DNA of 44,241 nucleotides, counting the filler, from Jimgerdemannia flammicorona (Eukaryota), in assembly GCA_003990765.1 (NCBI GenBank). It is 2 parts of 2 records of this genome, joined end to end, with 100 filler letters (N's around TTAATTAATTAA, not from the genome) between each part and the next. Parts side by side here need not be neighbours in the genome. Positions count along the whole stretch, not along the records: positions 22,175 to 44,241 come from RBNJ01001341.1; 1 more part is not named here. One strand, written 5' to 3'. Under the pieces are notes generated by a model. The model ran no database searches and was not told the origin of the DNA. It saw nothing but the letters and a program-made list of their open reading frames with translations. Shown here piece after piece: positions 26,005 through 35,450 of this stretch. The translations under genes were made by a program, and so were the position numbers. Position 1 is the first letter of the stretch; each line of letters starts with the position of its first letter.

Positions 26005-29000
26005 AGTGACAGCAGAGTGTTGGGGAGCAGATGTCTGGTCAGTGCTGGAAGTAGTTTAGTATTCATGGTCTGATCACTAGGAGCTGCTTGGAGGGGGGAG
26101 GTTTGGGGGAAGTGAGGATGGGCCTAGACATTGGTGGCTAAATTCTTCCTTATTAAAGGATAGGGTATTGTGGGAGGGTTGGAAAATGGAGGTGGTTGGG
26201 AATATTGGTAGGTGGTGGGAACAAGGTCTTGAGATTAGGGACTACTGGAGAAGACTGAAGGCAAATTCTCAGAGATATTAGAGGGAAGCAGGGAAATGAA
26301 AGTGTGCCCAGCAAAGGCAGAGGGTACTGTGGGCCTTGCAGTATCTGGCAGTACTCATAGAGAGATGGGCAGATGTGCTGGAAGATGGGGAGGTGACTGA
26401 TTGGTGTATTGTGAGAATCTGGCAGAAGGTAGAGGAGCTTAAAGGAGTATTACAAAGAGAGGAGGAGGTGAAGCTACAGAGAATGGTGGCCCAACTGTGG
26501 TGGCAGGGGCTTGAGGTGGGGGAGAGGCCTACTAGGTTTTTGTTGCAGTTGTTATAAGTATGATGAATAAAGCAGTGGTGGGAGGGAGTTCTGGATACGA
26601 ATGGTAAGCTGGTGGTGGGGACTCTGGCAATTCTGGGCCTATTGAGAACTAGTTGAGAGAATCTTTGGAGTGAGGAGGAAGGAGGAGTAGATGCTTTGGA
26701 CATTGAAAGGCAGTTGGGGGATTGGTACCCGAACCCTGTGATGGGCCTTGGGACATTGGGGGACCCAGTGAGTGGTGAGGAAATTTGCAGGGTTGTGGCC
26801 TCGATGAGTAAGAGAACAGCTCTGGGAGAGGATGGACTTCTCTGGGATTTTTGGCAGAAGATGGCTGGAGTGAGTGAGGTGCTAGAGGAAATGACTGCTA
26901 TGTATGATGGAGTTCTTCAGTCAGGTGCTTGGATTGGGGGACAGTACTTAGGGCTAGTCTCCTTACTCTACAAGAATAAGGGGAGGCAAGAAGACTGGAA
27001 GAACTGGCAGCCAATTATACTTCTCGACATGGACCACAAACTGGTGATAAAGATCTTGGTGATGAGGCTGTAAGGTATTGCTCAGCAGGTGCTTGGTGTG
27101 GAGCAGCGTGGGTTTGTTGGTGGCCAGTTGATTCGAGATGAGACAGCTTGGGTACATGGAGTGATTGAAGGTGCCTGGGTGATAGGAGTGGATGGCAGAT
27201 TAGTATTTCTGGATCAAGAGAAGGCTTATGATAGAGTGCAAAGGATATGGCTAGAGGGAGTACTGAAATGGATTAGTATCCCCCCAGAGTTCTGAGGATC
27301 ATTGATCAGCCTCTTGACAGACAGTCAGGCAGCATTAATTGTTAATGGCCACAGGGGAGTGACCTTTCCCCTGGGACATGGGGTACTGCAAGGAGACCCC
27401 TTGTCACCCATATTGTATGCCCTCTCCTTGGAGCCTCTACTGGACAGAATTTGGTGCCAAATTGGGGGCTTGGACATTTTAGGGATTAATTGGAAGGTAG
27501 AGGCCTTTACTGATAATATAGTGGTTGGGCTGGGCTCCTTGGAGGATGTGGGGGAGTTACAGAGGTCTGTAGAATGGTATGAGAGGGATTCTAGTACTAA
27601 ACTAAACTGGCACAAATGTGAGACTCTGGTTCTGGGTACTGGAATTGTTGGTGGTGATGTAATTGGGATAGTGGTACTGGCTGGCAAACCAGTGCATTAT
27701 TTGGGGATCTACTTTTTAGTATTCAGATCTCTTCTTCCCTGGATATAGTGGGACTGACAACTTCTGGAGTGGGGAAATGTTCTGCTGTGATGGGGAGGTC
27801 AGCATATATCTCTAGCCAGAAGGGTGATGGTGCTGAATGTGTATTGGATGCCGAAGCTGTGATATGTGGGATATTATTTAGATTTCCCAACCTAGGTGGT
27901 CAAGGGGCTATTGAAGATGGTGAGGTCATAGATCTGGGGAGGGCAGTGAAGCCAGGTGGGTTGGGAGGTGCTCACACTGCCCTTGAAAAGAAGTGGGCTG
28001 GGCTTAGTGGACTTTACTAAGTAGCTTCAATGTTTGAGAGCTTGGTGGTTGTGAAGGGTGAGTGAGCTTAGGGGTTGGGAGTGGGTGCCACTTATGCAGA
28101 GGTTGTGGGAGGTTCAGTACTCCCCATGTGGTAACTCGGGTGACCTGCTTGTGATGGTGGCCATGGATGAGAGCAGAAGAATGCAGTTTATGGGCTTCTG
28201 GTGGGGGGTAGTAGATGGTGCTAAGAAAATTGGACTTCGGTAGTAAGGTAATGAAGCTGAGAAGGATTAGAGACCACAGATATGGTGGTGGGACAGGCTT
28301 CTACTGGGTGGTGTTCCAGTGGAGAATTTTTAGCTTGGCGAGAGTCTGGAGTATCTGTGGGGTCTGGGTGGAGACCTGTGGCCCAAGGCCTGGCAGAGGG
28401 TTGGAATTAGTGAGGAGTGGGATTGAAATGGACTCTGGCTTTGGAGCAAAAGAGTGAGGCAGTGGCTGCCCCCCAAGTTCTGGGTGGTATGGTGGCATGT
28501 CCTACAGCAGAATGTGATATTGAACTATCAGTCTAGGTACTTGGTGGATAGTGGAGTATTCGAGTACGAGGATTGTTTTGATGTTAGTCAGGAGGGAGGA
28601 GTGGTACAAATGCCTGAACATTGACTTAGCAAGTGCAAGGTTTTGGAGGAGTTTTGGAGATGTATTATAGACCAAGTAGGACTGAGTGCCTTGGAGGGAG
28701 AGGAAGGGGGGAGATGGGGAGAGCTCTACCGGCGACTGGTGGGTGGGGTTGGGGATGAATGGCTGACCCTTAGTTGGGCTTTGGCCATGTGGGTTGAGTT
28801 AGCTGGGCATTGGGTTCATGTCTTTGAGGAGGAGTGGTGGGTTGGGGTTGGGAACAAGGTGGCACATTGGGAATGGTTGCTATTGGACATTTTGAATAGC
28901 TGGTGGCAAGGTTGGGGGCTGAGTGGGGGGAACCACAGAGGTTTGGTACAGTGTATCTCCCAGAAGAGTGGTGGGAGGATTCAGATAGTGGATAGTTGGG

Positions 29001-29136
29001 TGGTACTCAGGCAGGGGGAGGTCAAGGGGGGAGGATTGGGCCCATGGGGCATTGGTTGAGATTGGGGATGATATTGTATAGTTAGAATTATAGACGTCAG
29101 TAATAAAAGGTAGGCAGTAATAAAGTAAAAAAAAAT
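26005..29136 (+). mobile_element. 5'-truncated L1/Tx1-type LINE (copy 5)
   Basis: WSDH end of APE at ~26065; GEDGLLWDFW, WQPIILLDMDHK, FLDQEKAYDRV, GVLQGDPLSPILY, FTDNIVV; AATAAA plus A-tail at ~29119-29136. Confidence 0.92.
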
Positions 29137-29233
29137 ATATAGTATAGCTACTATTTTACCTTTCATATACCTTTAAAGAAGTGAGATATATTAAGACCTA
29201 GTTCTTCATTTAACCTCAAGATACTATATTATA

Positions 29234-30804
29234 TAGTAGTAAGTTAAAGAATAATAATATTTGGCAAATTTTACTTTTTTAAATAATATCTCTATAAATA
29301 ATTAATATAATAAAATATAACTTATATTTTTTAAAAGCTCTTGTTTTTTTTTATCATTAGATAAAATATTATTTTGATATCATTTTTATTTAGCTTATAA
29401 TAAATTTTTATATTAATACTATTTATTATTACTCTTTTGGCTTTTTTACTATAAATTTTGCTATTTTAATATTTCATACAACCTTCTTTGATCTTATATA
29501 TAGCAGTAATATATATATCTTAATATGCTCTCATATAAGTTAATTATTTTTCAGTTGATATATCTTCCTATTCCTACTCAATATATTCTTAAAGCTTGTA
29601 TATTTCTTTAAGTAATTTGTTATATATATTGAGTACTTGTTTTAGATATCTCCAAAGATGTTTAATTAGATTAAAATCAGATGACTGTGCTGATCAATCT
29701 AGCAAATAGATAAAATTATCTTTGAACTAGTTGTATACTATCTTTGATATATATTTTAGATTATTATCTTATTGAAATATTACCTTCTTTTTATCTATTC
29801 TAAAGAATTTAATAGATTTCTTTAATTTATTACTGAGAATTTCTATATATAGCTTTGTATTCATATACTTATCAATTTTGCATATATCCAATACTATAGT
29901 AACTTATATATCTCTAAATCATAATTGATCTACTATTAAATTTCAATATTAGAGTTATATATATAATATTGCTCAAGCTATATACTAGGCCTCTTCTATA
30001 TCCATTCTCATCTATCTGATCTCAAATAGTTGACTTTCATTTTGTCTGAGAATATTATCTATTTTTATAAATTTATACTATAATTTAATAAAGTGTAGTA
30101 ATAATAATAACTTTTCTACTTTATAAATAACTTCAAACTGATATCTTTTAATATTCAATATATAGTAGTAGTGCTCACACTAGCTTGGCCCTCTTCTTGA
30201 AGAGTTTTTGTAATATTTGTAGTAATTTCAATTTTACCATTAAATATTTAGTAAATAATTTAGAATTTATCTTAAGTAGATAATTTTGATGGCTGACCTT
30301 CTTTTGATATATTTAGATCATCACAATGCTTATTTTGGATATAGCTAATAGAAGTAATACTTATACTAATTGCTTTGGTAATCTTTTTTGCCAACTGCTC
30401 AGAATTTAATCTATTAATAATAATATTATGAATCTTGATAGATAGCTTTTGTATTCTGTATAAGAAATAAATATTAGTATGAATTTTTACACTATTTTTA
30501 TATCAAGGACAATGTCAAAAATAGTCATATACATATTACAGCTATATAAAAAGTTAAAGTGGGTTATATGAAATATTAAAATAGTAAAATTTGTAGTAGA
30601 AAAGTCATAATAATAAATAGTATTAATATAAAAATTTATTGTAAGCTAAATAAAAATAGTATCAAAATAATATTTTAATCAATAGTAAAGAAAAATAAGA
30701 GCTTTTGAAAAATATAAGTTACATTTTATTATATTAATTATTTATAGAGATATTATTTAAAAAAGTAAAATTTGTCAAATATTATTATTCTTTACTTACT
30801 ACTA
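29234..30804 (-). mobile_element. Tc1-family DNA transposon with ~285-bp TIRs and a dead transposase
   Basis: Inverted repeats at ~29234-29520 and ~30525-30804, flanked by TA. Minus-strand FQ*DNNLKYISK..LLD*SAQSSDFNLIKHLW is a mutated FQQDNDPKH..WPAQSPDLNPIEHLW. Confidence 0.92.
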
Positions 30805-31455
30805 TATATACTATAGTATTAAAAACTATACTGAGATATCTAATTATATAGTAATATATTGATAAAACTTTCTGCAGAAAGATAACTCATTTGGGGTTCA
30901 TAAATATTACCAGCTTATAAATAAATATTTATTAGCTATTTTTCATTATTAATTACTATTCTATAATCTATTTATCCAAAAGTCAAAAATTGTTCTCCTA
31001 TCTGCTATATCTGTTAACCAATAATAAAGTAATCTAATAGCCTCATAAAAAATAAAAAATAAAGTAATCTAATAGCTTTAAAAATATATATAATTTATCT
31101 ATATTTGGATAATTGATCTATTTTTGACCCTCACAATAAAATTTATCAATTTATTTATTATTTAATATTTTATGTAATCATTCTTTATAATAACTTTCTT
31201 GATATACTCTCTTTTAGTGGTCAACATATTAAAATGTAAGTTTTAGATCAGACAAAAAAAAAAAAAAAAAAGGGCTCAGGTGTCAGAGGTGTCAGAGCTT
31301 GGCGTTGTGGTCAAGGGACGAATGATGTCATGTCGCACAAGTCACGGGACCGCAAAACTTATACCGAAGGAAGCTTGTAGAACCAGCTCTCAACAACTGA
31401 CAACTGACCCAACCTGAACCCCCCGCCCTTTTCTCCTCATTCTACTCATTCCAAC

Positions 31456-33417
31456 ATGTCCGTCCGTTACGGTGGTTCTCCAACTTGCCCGCGTTGTTTG
31501 AAAGGTAACGTCTGGAATCCTCGTTTTGACGCCATTGCCCATTTGGACTGCGTATAGTATATTGACCTTTGCAACCGACACAACCCGGCGAAACAGCCGT
31601 ATACATGGCAGAACAGGTGTGCATTTTATAAAATGGACCGTTCTTGAACCGCTGCTTCTACCTGGCTTTCGTCCTAACCCACGCGAGCCAAAGAAATGTG
31701 CGCTGACGGGCTTCCCCGCGTACCCTTCTTCCAAACGAATAGATTACAGGTCCCGGAGGATCATGGCACAAGAGTTGTCTTACATGCAAGGTGATTTGGG
31801 ACTTATCGTTATTATCTTTGCGGGGCATGTTGAGGCTCTGCTCTTTGTTTTCTTTGTGTGATTTCCATGGCAAGCACTCATTAACAAATGAATGTGCATT
31901 GCGGATAGGAATGCGGAAAGCGTCTGGACTCGTATCTGCTCACAGAACGTAATGGGGAGGTAAACTATGATGGCGTTAGCGTTTTGGGACGCGGCATACA
32001 GGGATATTTCCGACTTGCTGACGTACGCCCATGATATTTTAATCAGGCTTATTGCAAGACATGCCATAGCCGCAAATGGGGTCCAAAGGGTACGTTTTTC
32101 GGGTATATGCGCTGTGAATTCTCGGTTTGTAATATAAGTTGACTTGTTCGCTGGCACGTTTGAATCATGATCGCAACGCAGGCTACGGCTTTGCCGGCGG
32201 CGCATCCTTCCTGACAACGGAAACCAAGACACCAGCCGAGATTCGCGGAAACAACACATCTACTCCACCAAAAGACGAGAACCAGGAGCACGAACAACCC
32301 GAAGACTGGCTCTACCGACGCACGCAACGCGTGGACCGGCAAAACAGCATCCCCACATACTCCGCTCCTGATGTCAATCCACAACCCGAACCGGAAACCG
32401 CGCCACAGGCGCGCGACCCGGCAGAAGACTGGCTTGTCCAGCAGCAGAAATATCAACGCGATCTGCCGCGCAGCTCTCCCTACAACCCTTACTACTCCAA
32501 CACCAGCACCTCCCCCGACCTGCCACGACGCGGTTCGCTCACCTCCTCTGGTGCGCCGTCACCCGTCTCGCCCACCTTCTCGAGCTCACGCCCGTCGGTA
32601 TACAGGACGCTCGCGGGCGACGACCACGCGGATGGGTCCCCTTTGGGTCCGTCGCCCACCACGTCGACGGGTTCCTCGTCGTCACAATCGAACCTCCCAC
32701 GTACCGGACGTGGAACATACGGGTCGTCGTCGTCGTTATCGTCGCCGTACTCAGCTAACAAGACGAGTTATGTACCTAAGAAGCTCGGGTTCCAGATCCA
32801 GAACGATCTGTGCCGGCATTGCGGGAAGGTCGTGTACGCCGCGGAGATGGTGAGTTTGACGGACTGGGGGGCGTTATGTTTGTGGTGACGCTGAACCTCA
32901 TCTTGACTGATGGTGTTTTGTGGGGGTTCCTTGACCTCTAGGTCCTCGGGGCTGGCAACAAGTACCATAAGCTCTGCCTCAAGTGCTGCTCGTGCAATAA
33001 GCTGGTTGACTCGAGCACAATGGTCGACCGCGGCGAGCAGATCTACTGCCGGCCGTGCTATTCGAAGGAGTTCGGACCCAAGGTGAGGGGCGAATTGTTT
33101 TATTTGTTCTGATTGGCAGAACTCAGCGGTGTTTCTGCTAGGGCAGGTGGGGCTGCGTAGAGCTTGGTTTTTGGGAGATCTAATCGTACCAGTCATTGAA
33201 CTCTTCTGTAAACCATTATATCATTTTTACTGTCATTTGTGACGTTAGGGCTATGGCTATGCGGGAGGTAAGTTATCATAATCCGAGGGTGTGACAACGC
33301 CTGGTAGCATTTCATGGATTTTATTTACATAAGGGCAATGGGCCATCTTCTCACCTATCCTTCAATACCAAACTCCCAGGCGCAGCTTTCTTGACCACCG
33401 AGGGCGCCACACGTTGA
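31456..33417 (+). CDS. Cysteine/glycine-rich protein (CRP/CSRP-like) with two LIM domains, 9 exons
   Basis: GT-AG exons: 31456-31504, 31597-31616, 31743-31790, 31909-31959, 32047-32089, 32182-32849, 32942-33082, 33249-33267, 33380-33417. They give CPRCLKAVYMAEQ..WHKSCLTCKEC..YCKTCHSRKWGPKGYGFAGGA and CRHCGKVVYAAE..YHKLCLKCCSC..YCRPCYSKEFGPKGYGYAGGA. Confidence 0.93.
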
Positions 33418-33774
33418 GAGAACGATCTCATGTGGGTGGCGGAAAGGGGTAATTTGTCGTGGGGCAATTTGTCGTGGGATGCTTAATGATGGATCTGGAA
33501 CCATATTTTGCAAGATTAAAGGCAATGTTTTTGTAATGTACATACGGGCAAGAATATCATTTTTGGATATAGCACCCATTATGGTATTAAGTAATATATC
33601 GATGGGCCTGATGACGTAGATCGTGACGAGATGGGAGGTTGGCTTTTTTTTTTTTTCCCACAAAGCCGTGCACAAAGCCGTGTTTCGGAGGCCCGAAACC
33701 AAACATATATCGCACAACCCCCACCATGTCTATCCCCCTACCTCTCCACCTCCGACCTCCAACCTCCATCAACA

Positions 33775-35154
33775 ATGGACAGCAGCGCAACCACTAACTT
33801 CGCCCTCCCCCCCTTCGGCCACCCTATGCTTCGCCACTTCCTCCTCGAAGATGGCTTCGTCTCCCTAAACCATGGCTCCTATGGCACCTACCCACGCTCC
33901 GTCCGCGACTCCCTCCGCGCCTACCAAGACTTGGCTGAATCGAATCCAGACCGCTGGATGCGCAAGACGATGCACGACGAAATGACCAAAGTCCGCAGCC
34001 GCCTCGGTGCCTTCCTCAACTGCCCCCCAACGAACCTCGCCATAGTCCCTAACACCTCCGCAGGGATCAATGCTATCCTCCGTAGCATGCACCTCCGGCC
34101 GGGAGACAAGCTCCTCTGCCTCAGCACAATCTACGAAGCCATGCATCAAACACTGTGTTACCTGTGCGACACGCACGAAGGCGTTTCCCTGGTGTGCGTC
34201 GAGGTCGCCTACCCGGTCTCAGACGACGCGTTGGTCGAGGCCGTCGAGCAGGTGATCGAGGAAGAGGAGCGAAAGGAGGATGGGCTGGTCGGCGGACGGA
34301 TCCGGATCGCGATTGTGGATGCCATTTCGTCGCAGCCTGGAGTTAGGGTGCCGTTTGAGCGGCTAGTGAAGGTGTTGAAGAGGCATCGCATACTGTCGTT
34401 GGTAGATGGGGCGCATGCGATCGGACACATTCCGTTGGATTTGCAGGAACTCGATCCGGATTTCTTGGTCACGAATTGTCATAAGTGGCTGTACTCTGTG
34501 CGTGGGTCCGCCGTGCTGTATGTGCCTAGGAGGTGGCAAGTATCCGTGCACCCGACCTCTATTAGCATTGGATATAAGGACAGGGATTTCCAGGCCGAGT
34601 TCGAGTGGCAAGGGACGATAGATTTCAGTGGCTATATGACCATTCCGGCTGGTATGGGTTTTATCCCTATATTCCTGGAATTTGCGTGCCTTAACTGTAA
34701 TCGTTGGTTCCACTACTCTTTACTTATGCCATCCCCCTCTTCTTCGATTCCAGCCCTCGACTTCCGCACCACCCTCGGTGGCGAATCGCGTATTCAATCC
34801 TACTGCCACACCCTCGCCGTCCAAGGTGGCCAGTTAGTCGCTCGACTTTGGGGCACATCGGTGATGGAAAACCCCGAAGGCACACTGACAGCGAACATGG
34901 TGAACGTACGGCTCCCGCTGACGACGCCAGCGACGGACAACAACATGGTCAAGCGGCAGGTGCACTACCTAATGGAGGTGCAATTGCTCGAGTTCCGCTG
35001 CTTCGCTGCTCCGTACCGGCACGCGGGCGCGTGGTGGGTGCGCATGTGCGCGCAGGTGTACAATGAGATTGGGGATTTTGAGGTCGTCGCTAAGGCTTTC
35101 GGGGTCGCGTGTAAGAGGCTCGAGAGCGTAGGGGGTGATGTGGATAAGTTGTAA
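33775..35154 (+). CDS. egt2: PLP-dependent class-V aminotransferase / C-S lyase, hercynylcysteine sulfoxide lyase (Egt2)-like
   Basis: Motifs LNHGSYGTYP, VDGAHAIG, TNCHKWLY (PLP lysine) and FEWQGTID. Likely start is MDSSATT at 33775. One intron at 34652-34753 (GTATGG..CCAG). Substrate specificity is inferred from the family only. Confidence 0.82.
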   Translation: MDSSATTNFALPPFGHPMLRHFLLEDGFVSLNHGSYGTYPRSVRDSLRAYQDLAESNPDRWMRKTMHDEMTKVRSRLGAFLNCPPTNLAIVPNTSAGINAILRSMHLRPGDKLLCLSTIYEAMHQTLCYLCDTHEGVSLVCVEVAYPVSDDALVEAVEQVIEEEERKEDGLVGGRIRIAIVDAISSQPGVRVPFERLVKVLKRHRILSLVDGAHAIGHIPLDLQELDPDFLVTNCHKWLYSVRGSAVLYVPRRWQVSVHPTSISIGYKDRDFQAEFEWQGTIDFSGYMTIPAGMGFIPIFLEFACLNCNRWFHYSLLMPSPSSSIPALDFRTTLGGESRIQSYCHTLAVQGGQLVARLWGTSVMENPEGTLTANMVNVRLPLTTPATDNNMVKRQVHYLMEVQLLEFRCFAAPYRHAGAWWVRMCAQVYNEIGDFEVVAKAFGVACKRLESVGGDVDKL

Positions 35155-35297
35155 GTGACGGCGTGTTTCACTTTTATACACTCGAAATGGGATTGCAATG
35201 TTGATAATGCGACGTTCATAAAGTTGGTATGTCGTGTATTCATTCATTCGAGTGCTGTATGTATTAAACAAAGCAAATGGATACTGCTATAAACCAC

Positions 35298-35450
35298 GAT
35301 CTACGCCTACATTGGAACCTATACATTCCTTATCAAACCTCACATTACTGTTTAAGTCTATATTAGGATATATACAAGTCCAGTAAGGGAGCAGGTTCCC
35401 GCGCCAGCCCTTTTAGGCTGACTCTTTCTGAATGGTGAGGTAACAAAGGA
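35298..35450 (-). ncRNA. Putative Fanzor omegaRNA scaffold plus flank-derived guide
   Basis: Stems CAGCC/GGCTG (35405-35420), GGGA/TCCC with loop ACCTGC (35387-35400) and TTACTG/CAGTAA (35345-35386) lie between the tnpB stop region and the right-end GG. The 5' boundary is unknown. Confidence 0.6.

Noticed and set aside
33631..33774. 48-aa N-terminal extension of the 507-aa ORF
   Set aside because: Crosses a poly(T) tract and promoter-like sequence; family-like sequence begins after the ATG at 33775.
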